The notes under the pieces were generated by a model. That model ran no database searches and was not told the origin of the DNA. It saw nothing but the letters and a program-made list of their open reading frames with translations. From Monocercomonoides exilis PA203 (taxonomy: Eukaryota; Protista; Preaxostyla), in NCBI GenBank assembly GCA_001643675.2, contig LSRY02000026.1, positions 1-64,000 on the forward strand: a stretch of DNA of 64,000 nt, written 5' to 3'. Positions within the stretch are counted from its first letter, which is position 1; each line of letters begins with the position of its first letter. The translations under genes were made by a program, and so were the position numbers. Of the stretch, positions 26,472 to 39,700 are shown piece after piece.

Positions 26472-26667
26472 CTTGATCAAAAAATTCTTTTTAATGAAAA
26501 AAGGTATGTATTTTGCATATTTACATAAAACAAATATATATGACAGAAATAAAAGCTAAATACTTGCTTTAAGTCAATTTAACTCTTTGATCAATAAATA
26601 CCACAATATATATTATTTTTTCGATTTTTGATCTTTTTTTATGATATCAAAAAAAATCACCCATATT
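26472..26667 (+). repeat. Dispersed ~200-bp AT-rich repeat, copy A
   Basis: Aligns with 51478-51685 (aaaggtatgtattt...acaaatatatatgacagaaataaaa...aaaaaaatcacccatatt). Confidence 0.85.
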
Positions 26668-26988
26668 ATAGAAATTTTGATTTTTTTCATTGATAAGAAA
26701 AGTATTCAAAAAATGGAAAATTCACCCATAGCATGTTTAATAATATTATATTAAATCATTCTATCACAAAAAATCCGAAAAAAAAAACGAGTTTCTGAAT
26801 GTTTCTTAAAGTTGTGATTAATCAAGATTAATTATGAAAATAACACATTATCATTTTTTCCAACAAATATAAACTTTCATGAAATTTTTTTGAAGTCAAA
26901 AAATGAACTTTTTTTTTTAAATTTCTTCAAATGTTGTATTCATCGTACTACAAATGCAGAATAAGTTTGGAACAAAACATGGTTTTTT

Positions 26989-26989
<1 letters not shown>

Positions 26990-27036
<47 letters not shown>
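26990..27036 (+). repeat. Poly(A) tract, ~47 nt
   Basis: Homopolymer run. Confidence 0.9.
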
Positions 27037-27038
<2 letters not shown>

Positions 27039-27304
27039 ATCCATTTTTATTTGGGGAAAAATTCTTTCATTTATGAAAATAACAACAATTTGTTCCAAAC
27101 TTTTTCTCATGTCGAATAATTGTAATTCTGACATTCCCATGTCAAAAAAATACAGAAAAATTCCAAAATTGCGATAAATATTTGTTAGAGAAAAATGGAA
27201 CAAAATTTAGAAAGCAAAAAGTTTCGTTCCATTTTTTTGTTGAATTTTTCAAAGTTATATAAACATTGATCCAAATTGTATTTTGTTGAAAAGTGCTTTT
27301 AAGA

Positions 27305-29803
27305 ATGTTTTTGGGATTAATTCTTTACCAAATTTTGGCATCAACTTATGCACAAGAAGAACCATCTGAATCAATTACAACAGTGTTTGTAAAGCAAAGC
27401 GGGAAAGATGAAAACAGCGGATTGGAGATTGGGAAGGAAAAGCCATCATTGAACGATGCATATAATCTGCTGAGCAATGGCAGCGAATGCAACATGAAAA
27501 TAGTCAACGATGTGAAACCATTAATTGCAGAAGCCGTTGAATTTAACCTCAAACGAAAAATTACGATTGAAGGAGTGAATAGCGATGGAAAGGGAAATAC
27601 CGAAGTGGCAATAGATTGTTACGTTCATCCAGGAAGTTATCTATTCAAGTGTGAAGGCACTGTGGAATTCAAATACTTGGCGTTTCACTTCCCAACAACG
27701 TTGAGAAATGAAAGTCAAGAGAATCGATCATATGATTTGATATCTGGATCAGGTGCAAAGCTATCAATAAGCAACTGCAGATTTATTCGACCTGAAAGTG
27801 AAGGATGTCACACTGATATTTATCTTGTGTACTCATCTGGAGGATCATTGACATTGGAATCAGTTGAGTGCGCGGATGATACAAATGCATTAACATCGAA
27901 GAACGCACTGTTTCGAACCATGGGCACACAAGCAGTGATATTGTCTAACTTGACTTTGAAAAATATTGATACAAGTGATTCTTCTGTTGTTGTGGTTGCA
28001 AGTGATTCTTTTGAGAAATCTAAACTTATATTGAATGGGAGCTCATTTTCGGAGTTAAAATGTGATCATTCAGTTTTATTTGTTGGAGTAAATCAAGCCA
28101 GAAGCACGTTTTCAGTTGGAGATGGAGGCGTTACAACTTTTTCATCTTGCAGTTGCAGTAATAATAAAGGTTCTGGAGGAATATATCTTCAAATAACAGC
28201 TATTGAATCAGCAAATCAGATTAAATGGCCCGAAGACGGAACGAATCTGATATTTGACAGATGTACAGCAGGAGAAGGCGAATCAAAAAGGAACATTGGG
28301 TTGCATTTAGAGATGGCTAATGACTCATTATTCGAGGACATAGCAGATACAATGAAGAAAAGTTTTGCTACCAGTTACAATAGAAGAGATAATTTATGGA
28401 ATATTGTTGGAACCGACAATAATATGATAAATGAATGTGATTTTGTTTTCAAGTTTTTTGATCCACTTCCTCCAAGGCCAGAAAACATGACAAAGGCCTT
28501 CGTAAAGAATGGAGGAAAAGGAAATGGAATCAGTGTTGAATTAGCAGCCTACAGTTTAAAGGATGCATACAACTTTTTAGAAAAGAGTGCGAAATGCATC
28601 ATCGAAACCGTCAAAACAGAAGATCCTCTTCCAGCTGAAGCGATAACATTTAACGTTGACAACGGAATAATTATTGAAGGAGTTAACGGTGACGGAAATG
28701 GAAATGTTGAAGTGGCCATCGATTGTGATGTTAGAGGATCGTATGATTTATTCACATGTGAAAAAGAGGTGGAATTCAAGTATTTGGCATTCAATTTTCC
28801 TATTTCTGAGAAAAAATGGGATTCTTTAATTTTTGGAAATGAATTGTCAACGTTGCTTTCCATCAGCAATTGCCGATTTGTCAGAGTTAGTTCACAATTA
28901 TCATCCATTGAAATCACTGCAAATGCTGGTAAAGATAATTCTATGGCAGGCAGTCTTGTGAGCGTTTCTAGAGGGAAAGTTGAGATGAACACAGTTTCAT
29001 GCACAGATGAAAAAAGCACCGTTTCGTTTTCTTCATCGCCTTTTTCTTTAAGCAGTGTGAGTTCAGCTTCGTTGAATGGAGTGGAGGTGAGCAATATGAA
29101 AGTTCAAAATGGAGCAGCGATTGTCATTAAAGATGGAGAAAGCACTTCTTCAACCGTGAGCATTGAAGGATTGAGCATGAAGGAAGTGAATTCAGAGAAA
29201 GGAGAAGCAGCTGGCTTGGAGATTTCTTTGGTTTCGGAAGAGTCGACAGTGGCGATTGGAAGGACAAGCAAATGCACATTCAAGTCATGTCATGTGCCAA
29301 AGGGGAAATCGGGTGCAATATTTATTTTCACGCTCAATGCAACGAAGAATCTTCAGCTTCCTTCTGCAAACAATCTTGAGATTGATGGTTCAAACACAGC
29401 TGGCTCACAATCATCTTCTCTATTCATCATTGCCCCAGATTTTGATGAGTTCTGCAAACAAGAAGATGCATTTGAGTTTGCAAATGATTATGACATTTCA
29501 ACAGCTGGGTGGATTGTGGGAGCAGAAGACACGGAATCAGAGCCGGTGGATGTATATGAGAAGTATCTGAAGAAGCCAGATCCTGCTCCAGAAGGTCCAG
29601 CATCAGAAGATCCTGCTCCAGAGGGAAAGAAGAAACCAAATGCTGGAACTGTTGTTGCAATTGTCGTGCCGATAGTTGTTGTTGTTGTTGCAGTTGTTGT
29701 GGTTGTGGTTATTTTTGTGATTGTTAAGAAAAGGAAAGAAAAAAGCAACAAAGATGAAGACAATGAGGGAAGCAAAGAACAAGAAATGAGCACCCAGGAG
29801 TAG
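27305..29803 (+). CDS. Type I membrane surface protein with an internally duplicated, beta-rich (beta-helix-like) ectodomain
   Basis: Signal peptide MFLGLILYQILASTYA; repeated module (FVK..G....G...SL.DAYN.L...IEGVN.DG.GN.EVAIDC...VEFKYLAF.FP...LSISNCRF) present twice; Pro-rich linker; Val-rich TM helix; short charged tail; intronless. Confidence 0.9.
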   Translation: MFLGLILYQILASTYAQEEPSESITTVFVKQSGKDENSGLEIGKEKPSLNDAYNLLSNGSECNMKIVNDVKPLIAEAVEFNLKRKITIEGVNSDGKGNTEVAIDCYVHPGSYLFKCEGTVEFKYLAFHFPTTLRNESQENRSYDLISGSGAKLSISNCRFIRPESEGCHTDIYLVYSSGGSLTLESVECADDTNALTSKNALFRTMGTQAVILSNLTLKNIDTSDSSVVVVASDSFEKSKLILNGSSFSELKCDHSVLFVGVNQARSTFSVGDGGVTTFSSCSCSNNKGSGGIYLQITAIESANQIKWPEDGTNLIFDRCTAGEGESKRNIGLHLEMANDSLFEDIADTMKKSFATSYNRRDNLWNIVGTDNNMINECDFVFKFFDPLPPRPENMTKAFVKNGGKGNGISVELAAYSLKDAYNFLEKSAKCIIETVKTEDPLPAEAITFNVDNGIIIEGVNGDGNGNVEVAIDCDVRGSYDLFTCEKEVEFKYLAFNFPISEKKWDSLIFGNELSTLLSISNCRFVRVSSQLSSIEITANAGKDNSMAGSLVSVSRGKVEMNTVSCTDEKSTVSFSSSPFSLSSVSSASLNGVEVSNMKVQNGAAIVIKDGESTSSTVSIEGLSMKEVNSEKGEAAGLEISLVSEESTVAIGRTSKCTFKSCHVPKGKSGAIFIFTLNATKNLQLPSANNLEIDGSNTAGSQSSSLFIIAPDFDEFCKQEDAFEFANDYDISTAGWIVGAEDTESEPVDVYEKYLKKPDPAPEGPASEDPAPEGKKKPNAGTVVAIVVPIVVVVVAVVVVVVIFVIVKKRKEKSNKDEDNEGSKEQEMSTQE

Positions 29804-30559
29804 AATTGAGATTTCCAATTCTTTCAGAGCAATTTAACTTTATTTTTATTTCATAAAGCATATATTTGTGAATATCGTAGTATTTTTCGAGTGTTTTCTC
29901 CCTCATTAATCGCATTGAAAATGTGATTAATAGTTGAAATGTGATTCATAGATTAGTTTCATTTCACGCACACCAATTGTTATTCATCATCAACAATTTT
30001 TCGTTCAAGTTAGTTAATTGTTTTTTTATCCACATATCATTTTGACTTTTCTGGTTTGTTTCAATAATTTCTTCCAATGACACTGCAAAAACAATTCAAA
30101 ACAATAAATTTTTTCCAAAAGGATTAAAAATATCGCGCGTTTTCATGAATAAAAAAATAGAAAGAAAGAAAAGAAACATAATCAATCTGAATATAAAAAT
30201 ACTTACATTGAAATACAATTTAACAACTCGTTTCTCATTTGAAGATCAGTTAATGTTTCATTTCTTCAGCTGTTTTTGTTTTGTCATTTGTTTTTCGCTT
30301 TTCTTTTTGCTTATTTTTTCTATGCATTTCCAAAATAAATTGCATTCCATCTTTCTCTCTATCGCTCAAAAATGAAAATCTTTCGATGTTGATCAATCTT
30401 TCAGAACCGAATGAAGATGTTGCATTTGAGTCGCCGGTGGAGCGTCTGTCTGATGCGAATGAATGATCTAAAAATGCTTCGAATGAACTGAACTATTCAT
30501 CAATCGTCTCTTTGCACAGCATCTTTGTCTTCTTCACTTTATTTCATCTAATTCCGCGT

Positions 30560-31300
30560 CTTCAGCTTCTTCAACAAGAGCAGCACGCCGATCAACTTCG
30601 CCATTCCAGAGGCGGAGAAGCGAAGAGAAGAAATCTTCAGAGAATGATAAGACATCATCAGCACCTGCGATTGACCCTTCGGATGCTTCGGCAGTGGCAG
30701 CGCCATACATGTTGGCAGGAGCGATGGATGACATCAAGAGGTGGCTGAAGTGTATGAAAATCACAGATAGTCGTTACTGAGGGAGCAACATACGCTTCAA
30801 GGGATATGTTGTGGCTCGGCGGGCGGTGCTGTAAGGGGGTGTTGTGTGTGCATACGATGTGGCGCTTTCAGCGATGCTTTCGGTTCCGCTGGCTGCGCCG
30901 CTTCCGTCGCTTGCAGCGTCGGTAGGCACGAAGTTGAGGAGAAAGCGGATCTATGCAGATGCGGATGTGAATGAATTCCCGTCGATCTTCGATCTATTTG
31001 TCCTGTCGCAGCTGCCGTCTGTGATAGCGCGGCTGGAATCCCTTTAGCAGAAGTCCAGGCGCATGGTGGCGAAGCTGGATGAAAAAGTGATGGAGCGAGT
31101 GACAGCAGCATGCTAAGAAGGGAAATTACTTCTAAGGAGGCTAGCGGAGGCGGGGCTGGAGGAGATAGAAGAGGAAAAGGAAGAGGAGAATAAACATGAG
31201 AAGAAGCAGAAGAAATCGAAGAAAGAGTGGACAAAATGGAAGCAGGGTGTCAAAAAGGATAAGCTTCGTCTAAAACCCAACGAGAAGGAGAAGGAGGAGA
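30560..31300 (+). pseudogene. Decayed paralog of the coding relic at 52500-53450
   Basis: Shared nucleotide blocks (gccgatcaactt; ggcaggagcgatggatga; tgtgtgcatacgatgtg; ttcccgtcgatc..cgatct) with stops and frameshifts. Confidence 0.7.
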
Positions 31301-31735
31301 TTTTGTGTGCTAAAAAAAAAAGAAAAATTAGCAGAAAAAGAGGAAGAGGAAGAGGAAGAGGAAGAGGAAGAGGAAGAGGAAGAGAAAGAGAAAGAGAAAG
31401 AGGAGAAAAAGGAGGAGGAGGAGGAGGAGGAGGAGGAAGAGGAAGAAATCTGAAGAAAAAGATGATGTGATGGCGTTGAGGAATAGGAAAAGAAATGCAT
31501 TTTTCAGAGTGATTTGATGTTGTTTGGTTGATTGAAATATGAAAATACGTTTTGCTTGTTTTTCCCTCAATCTTTTTCAATTCAATTTTCCTTTCTTTCT
31601 TCTTTTCACTCTTCTCCATTCATCATTTTGTCATCTTTCATTCTTTTTTTTAAAGGATAAACTTTTCTCCATCTCTCTTTTCTCTGTCAAAATTCTATTC
31701 CTCTTTGCACAAATCATCTGATGAAATATTATTTA

Positions 31736-31880
31736 TTTCTCCTTTTCTTTTGCTCCTTTTCTTTTGCTCCTTTCCTTTTGCTCCTTTCCTTTTGCTACTT
31801 TTCTTTTGCTCCTTTTCTTTTGCTCCTTTTCTTTTGCTCCTTTTCTTTTGCTCCTTTTCCTTCCCCTTTGCTTCTTTTGC
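31736..31880 (+). repeat. Tandem repeat of ~14-15-nt unit (cttttcttttgctc)
   Basis: Direct reading of repeated units. Confidence 0.85.
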
Positions 31881-33908
31881 TGAAATCCTCAAAACCCCAC
31901 GTGTTTTCATTTTTGAGCCACATCCAGAGAATAAGAAATGCTGCAGAAATATTTCCCTTCATTTAATCGTCCCTTTTTTCATTTAAACTTTCTTCTCCTT
32001 TTTCTTCTCATTCACTCAATTCATTTTTCTCTGTGTAAATTCCCCCCTTTCGGCTCATCTTTTTGGAAGTTTGCAGGAATAGTCAATCCAAACATTTTTT
32101 CCCTCTTCTTTTCTCAAATCCAACATCTGATTATTTTGTTTCTTCTCTTTTGCACTTTTCGATCTTCGCTTCATGAAAAGTGGAGTAATCTTCTAAAGAA
32201 ACAGTTCTTTCTTCTTCTTCCTCTTCCTCTTCATCCACAATCATTTTCTTCCTGATTTTCCAGTCCATTGCTGCATCTTCTCTCCTTTTTCTCTTCTCCT
32301 TTTGGAAATCCTCCAATTGTTGGCTCCAATTCAAAGTTTTTAGAATCCTTTTCACATTTTATCAATCCAATTCTGCTAATTGCATCAAAATTGTGAGTCT
32401 TGCCATAAAATCTTCCAGTTGCATATTTCCATCAAACAGTTTTCTGAAATGGCAAAGAGTTACGACAAATCACAAAAAAAGTTGGATGCTTTTTGAATGC
32501 GAATGCCCTGCCAGTTTATCAGCTCCGACAAAAGAGACGCTTCTGCCAAACGCTCTCAACAAAGAAGCCAAATAAACTGCTTTTCTCTCTCTTGCAAACT
32601 CATGTTAAGCATTGATAGGCTATGCATCATACAAGACAGATGGCTGTAGTCACGAATATCATCATCGAATGCAATCCAAACAAGAATAATCTCAAAACTT
32701 CTGGTTCTTTTGAAAAAGGATAAAAAGGTTTCTCTCCATGGCATTCCTGTTCATGATCAATCTGTATTCATTCAAATATCACCTTTAAAGAAAAATGAAT
32801 GAAATAAAAAAAAAAAAAAATCAAACCATCTTTATCGCCTTGAAATATTTTCCTATCTCCGACGGATTGGTGATTATCAGCCCAGCTGGCTTTCTTGCTC
32901 TCCAAAATAGCCCTTGCCACATAAAAAAAAAACAGACAATCGACAATAAATGACTGGCATAGAACGTCATCGAATGAAGAGAATCCATTGTGAAGTTGGC
33001 TGTGATATCAGGTGAAAAAACACATTCTCCAGGTTATCAAGAAATGAACTCTTTTTCAAAGACTTATTTAACGACAAGTCTTTAATGATAGCTTTCCAAC
33101 GGGTTTCGCGTAAATGGCAATGCGTTTGTTGTTGAGGCCTGCTGAGTGCTTCATTCTGCTCGTTTCCTCCATTGTTCAATCCCCAATTCTCTTTCCTTTT
33201 CCACAAAGAAAATTTCCTCCAAAAACCATATAAAGCAAGTCATGCTCAAATGATATGCCAAGTACACAGCATTTCCCTGAAATGACAAAGCGGTTCAATT
33301 CAATCTTTCTGATATTCCGCCCGCTTTTTCTGCATCTTGCTTGAGTTATTTTTCATCAAAATATCGCAACCAGCGTTATGCTATATGGTTTGTAATATAC
33401 AGCTAAGTTCAAATTTCATGCAATTTTCCCCCACCAACTTCCTTTTCGCAAGCAATCGATGCAAACAGCCACCTGCTCCTCCATCTGCATGCAAAATTAT
33501 TGTTCTACTGTAGTGTAATAACTCGCATGTGTGCATCTATGGATGTGCAATCAAGCATCTCAAATATACTCTGGATGCAGCAAATCACCAATAAATAATC
33601 TTCATTTATTAAATTATAGGTTGAACACCCTTATTCATTTTTCGATTTGAAGATAGATTTTTTTTTCTTTTTGATTTTCATGTTTTAATGCAAAAAACAT
33701 TAATGGCAAAAGAGGTTTGGAATCCTGTGTTATTAGGTATTTGATTTGGTGCTTTTAATTCTTTTGATTCAACTGCACCACAAATATTTCGAAAACGAAT
33801 TTATTAACTGTTTTGAAATCATTTTGCGATTTCACAGTCACCTTCAAAAAAGCAAATATTTCTGGGTTTGCAACGTTTAATAAGAAATAGTTGGTTTTTA
33901 AAAAATGA

Positions 33909-35262
33909 ATGAATATTTTTTCTCTTTTGATTTTATCACTTTTCTTAGAGAAACTTTCACAGTTGGAAGATTGTGATGAAGATGAACAGAAACAGAAAAT
34001 TGGAGAAATGAATGAAATTGTTGATAGAATGAATAATAATGAACTTGAATCAATTTTCAACGAAGAGACATTCAACAAAACAGAAAAAATGATTGAAAAA
34101 AAGAAAATATCTTTAGAAAATATGTGTTTGTTGCTGAAGTACATCGGAATTTACAAAGAGACGAACCGCACTTATTTTCAACGATGTAGAGAATATTCAT
34201 TGGGAAAAAGAATTCAAAAGATGATTATTGAAGAAAATAAGAGGAAAAGCGAAGAAAAGAAAGAAAAGCTTCTCACTGATCTTTGCGAATTCTATATTTC
34301 TCTGAGCTGCAGCTTCTCACCTAAATTGCTCTCAATTTGTGTTTCCACTCTTCTGAAAGTTGCTCTGAATAAAGAGGAAAACGAAAAAGCACGAAAAGAA
34401 GTTGAAATAGCTTTGCTGGCTTTGAGCAACATTAAACCAATAGACGTGTGTTTATTAATTTGTTTGTTTGTTTGTTTATATTTTTTTTATCTTAAATTAG
34501 AAAGTTCCAAAAGAATTGTATTTGAATGAAATCAAAGAGATTATTCAATATCAACAGGAACATCAGGATCTAACTCGACTTGCCAATCAGTGTGCTTGGC
34601 AGTTTTTGATGAACAGATTTTATTGGGACAAAAGCATGGAAGAAGTGATTGTAAATGAGCAGCATTTTGCAAGAGAGGCTGCAACAGAACTAGAAGAGTT
34701 GGCAAGAAGTGTAGATTGGAAGAAGAAAGAAGAGGAAATGAGCAAAGAAGAAGCAAGGGAAATGCTGGTAATCAGTAGATGGATCCAAGCACTCTCTTTT
34801 TTCTTTGAGAACTGTCTTGTGTGGAATGAAGAATATGTTGAGCTTTTCAGCAGCATTGTTCAGGTGTCTCGAGCAGTAAGAGAAAATCAAAGAAAAATTT
34901 GCGATTTGTGTATTTGTTTATTGAGAAATGCAGCAGAAAGAAGAGTTGTGAAAGATGAAGCGCTTCTTTGTGAAGGAGCTGTTGATACTGTTTTGGAGGG
35001 GATACAGCGTCCAACGTTGAATGATATGGCAACATATGAAAGCTTGGAATTTTTTAATGCAATTTTAAGGCGATTGAAAGAAGTGGATGATAAGATGGAA
35101 GAAACAAAAAGAAAAGCTTTAAAAAAGGAGATTTTTGAACAGATGGAAGAAGAAGGATACGAAGATACCATTGCAAGTTTTCATGGGATAATGGTTTTTC
35201 TACAGGAATACTTTGATGATGATTTATCGTTGAATATTTCAGATTATTTTGTGAATGTTTGA
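33909..35262 (+). CDS. Hypothetical alpha-helical protein of a lineage-expanded family; intron 34446-34500; 5' exon(s) uncertain
   Basis: ORFs 33909-34529 and 34516-35262 join in frame through a GTGTGT..TTAG intron (…NIKPID|KVPKELYLNEIKEII…). Resembles a large uncharacterised oxymonad family (from recollection, not searched). Confidence 0.75.
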
Positions 35263-35682
35263 GAAATGAGTGGAATGGGACTTTGAAACTCAAAATTTTT
35301 ATTTTTCTTTTTTCATCGTTTCGCAAAATAGAAAACAAACAGTCGTTTGAATCTTTATTCAAAGATTTTTTTTTCCCTATAACTTCTAAAAATACAACAA
35401 AGCAATTGAATACAATTAAATAAAAATGATAAAAATAGTGTAAATTCTTTTATTCCAATGTTAATCTTTTTGTATTTAAACAATTTTTTCAATTTTTCAA
35501 ATGAAAACTAACTTAAATATGTTTTCAAATTTTGGCGTATTGATTTCATGCATATATTATTATTTGGTAATTCTTGATATCAATCATTTGAAATCATTCA
35601 TTTTTTAGTTTCATCCTTTTCCAAAAACGACTTATTGTGGGACAATAAAAGACAATTTTTGGAATTTTCAGATCAATAAAAA

Positions 35683-36443
<761 letters not shown>

Positions 36444-36737
36444 AATTTTGTCGCACGATCAAAAGGCTTCTCTTATTCTTTCAATTCACTGGCAAGTTCT
36501 TGCTTTTGCATAAAAATATAAAGCTTGAATGATTTGCATTTTTTAACTTATAAAAATTTGTGAAAGAAAAGTGAAATTTATTATCAATTAATTAATCAAT
36601 TTAAAGATTTGCAATTATTAATATATGATATAAAAATATCTGATTTGTTCCTGTTGTTTGCTATTTGAGAATTGGTTCATCCACAATAAAAAAGCCCATA
36701 ACATTATAATTCTGAAATATTGAGGTTTTTTTAACCT

Positions 36738-39700
36738 ATGGCGCGCCTCGACCAACTGTTTTCACTTCTGCAAAGTGTGCTCCATATTATTTTTTGTTTT
36801 TTTGTTTCAATGTTATGTTTTGATGGAAGATGGTTCAACTGCTATGGTCCGTAAGGCTGCTACTCTCCAGATTGCGGGAATTGTAAAGTCAACTCCTACA
36901 ATTTTGAAAGGAATATTGAATAAAATTTGTTGTCTTTTGTTTCATTGTTGTTAGACGATTATTTACACATTTCCATGTCAGATCAATGAAATCATTCTTT
37001 CAAACTCTTGGGATGCACGAACGGCAGCAGCATTCGCAATTGAATGCATCGCAAACAACGTACAACAACCAAATTTGAGTGTTGGGGGAAAGTTGTTTGA
37101 TAATTCTGATGAAGAATGGCAAGATCAGAAAACATTACTGAAAAGTCTTTCTCTTCCAAATGTTATTGGAAATTGCTCAATTCTAACATCTTCAGACGAT
37201 GAGAAAAATATACACACAGACAACTTGACGTACAATTTTGGGAGTCACAAACTTTCTCTTTTGGAGTATTTTGAAACAACTTGTTTGCCATTTCTTGACA
37301 AGATCGATTCATCTTATCAGGAAGAATATCCGTTCGAGCAAGAACCTCAACCAACGATGAATCTCTCAGGAAATGAGCAAAGCCAACTCGATATCAAAGA
37401 GGTTCTCATTACCGAGCAAGGAGCCGATTCCTCGAAGATTGTGATGGAGTCGGTTGTTGAAGCAGCTGCCAACGAAGAGCCAATACGGCTGGAGCTGCAG
37501 AAGCTGGCGCTGTGGCTGGAAAAGCAAGTAATGAGCAAACAGTGGACAGCGCTCCATGGAGCCGCAGCTGCGCTGAAGGCGCTGATGAAAGCGAACGGTG
37601 GGTGGATTGGGATGGATGTGGGTGGGGGAAAAGAGAGGGTGCAGGGAGGATTTGCTGATGAAGAAGATGAAGAAGAGGAAGAGGAAGAGGAAGAAGAAAA
37701 TGAAAGTGGAGAAGAGAAAGAAAAGGTGACAGGGGCAGAAGGTCGGGACAATTCAGCATCTTCATTTAACAAGCCAGCTAAGCGCCTTCCATTTGAATCT
37801 GAATCCCCATCTCCCTCTCCATCTTCATCTTCATCTCAATCTAATTCCAAATCCCCTTCCATCTCATCACTTACCCCACCTTCCCAAAGGCTGCAGATCT
37901 CGCGCCACGTGCGCTTTCTGGACGAAGTGGTGGCGGTGCTGCAGTGTGCCATTGCGCTCGACCGCTTCGGCGACTACGGGGCAGATCAGGTGGTGGCACC
38001 AGTGAGAGAGGCGTGTGCGCAGGCGCTGGGGACGATCCTGCCGCATTTGACTCCGTCGTCGGTGGTTGTGCTGACGAAGCACATTGTGGGGATGCTGGAG
38101 CCGGAGAAGAGGAAGGGGTGGGAGGATGGAAAGGGAGAAGGTGTTGGATGTGGTGGAAGTGTTAGTTCTATTGGAAATGTGGGGATTGCTAATAATGAAA
38201 CTATACTGGTAATGAAAAATGGTCAGAAGCAAGGAAAAATTACTCATATTCCACAAATTCCACAAAATCCAATGAATTCTCTGAATCCATTGGGAGCCAC
38301 ATCATCTGTTCCCTTGTCTACGGAAGGGCAGAGCTGGGACGTGAAGCACGGGATGCTGCTGTGTGCGAAGTACATCTGTGCTGTTCTCCCTTCTCTTGAT
38401 CCCCTCACACTCCCTCTCTGCCTCGATGCTCTTGTCGATCGCGTCACCGACGACGACGATGATGTCAGAGCAGTTGCAGCTGATGCTCTTGTGCCTGTTG
38501 TTGAGAGACATGCTTCAATCGACCCGAATTTGCACCCGACGATTGTAAGGCTGTTTGTGACGCTGTGGCGGAATCTGCTGGTGTTGGACGATTTGTCTGT
38601 GTCCTCGTCGAATGTGATGCTGCTGCTGGCAGCGCTTTGCTCACACGCAGGGCTGCAGTTCAGCGAAGAGGCGGAGGAGATGGGAGGAAGTGATGATGAA
38701 AAGATCAAACAAAATCAACTTGCACAGAATTCATCATCTCCTTCTTCCGCTTCTTCCTCTTTCTCCTCGTTTGTGTCTGAGTTTCCTGAGATGCTGCCTC
38801 GTCTCTTCCCGTTTTTCCGCCATCCGCTCCATTCTGTTCGGCTGGCGTCTGTCAAATCGCTTCTTCATCTTCTTTTTCCATCAAATTCTTCTTCCTCTCC
38901 AGAAAGAGCATCTTCACCTGTTGAAATATCAGGAAAAAGTCAAAATTCCTCTTCTTCTTCTTCTTCTTTCTCATCTTCTTCATCCACAACAAAAACAACA
39001 AAAACAAACACAAACACAGCTCTTCTCCGCCAGCTTGTCTGCAAGCCCTCGCTGGTGTCTGAGCTGATGGCGCATCTTTTCCAATCGGTTCTGTTGGAGA
39101 CGCAGAGCCGCGACACGATCGAGGTGATGATGGAGCTGTGGGGGCATTTGTGCCATTCGCTGCCGACGTCTGTTTTGGAGAGCGTGGGAGGAGAAAGACT
39201 GTCGCAGTGGCTGACGCTGCTGTCCACACAGAACAACGCATGGCTGGCGAGGGAGTGCATTGTGAGGGCGAGGTATGCGACTGCTGAAGGAGAAGGAGAA
39301 GAAGAAAGAGAAAGAGAAAGAGAAGGAGGAGGAGGAGGAGGAGGGAGAAGAAATGGAAGTTCTAATAATTCAATGGGAATGCCATCGTCATCATCTTCTT
39401 CTTCTTCTTCTCCATCCTCTTCCTCTTCCACCTCCTCTTCTCTGATGCGCAAAGTGGAAGGAGACGACAGCGGGTTCCAGATGCGTATCGATGGGTCGCA
39501 CTGCCTGGGCGTTCTTCTTTCGCTGTGGTCTGAGCAGAAGTTTGGGATGCTGCTGAATTATCTGACGCAGCTGGTGAAGTCTCGGTCGCACACACAGTCG
39601 CTTGTGGCAGCGCTGACGATTGTGGAGCTGGAGAGGGCAGTGTGCAGAAGAGAGATGGAGAAGTTGAATGAGGGGAAGGGAGGCTTGTCATCATCATCAT

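Noticed and set aside
26990-27036. Poly(A) as a retroposon tail
   Set aside because: No TSD or recognisable retroelement body adjacent
32100-33600. Possible decayed minus-strand gene (also 46100-47100 and 48800-51000)
   Set aside because: Coding-like composition but too fragmented to support a product or boundaries
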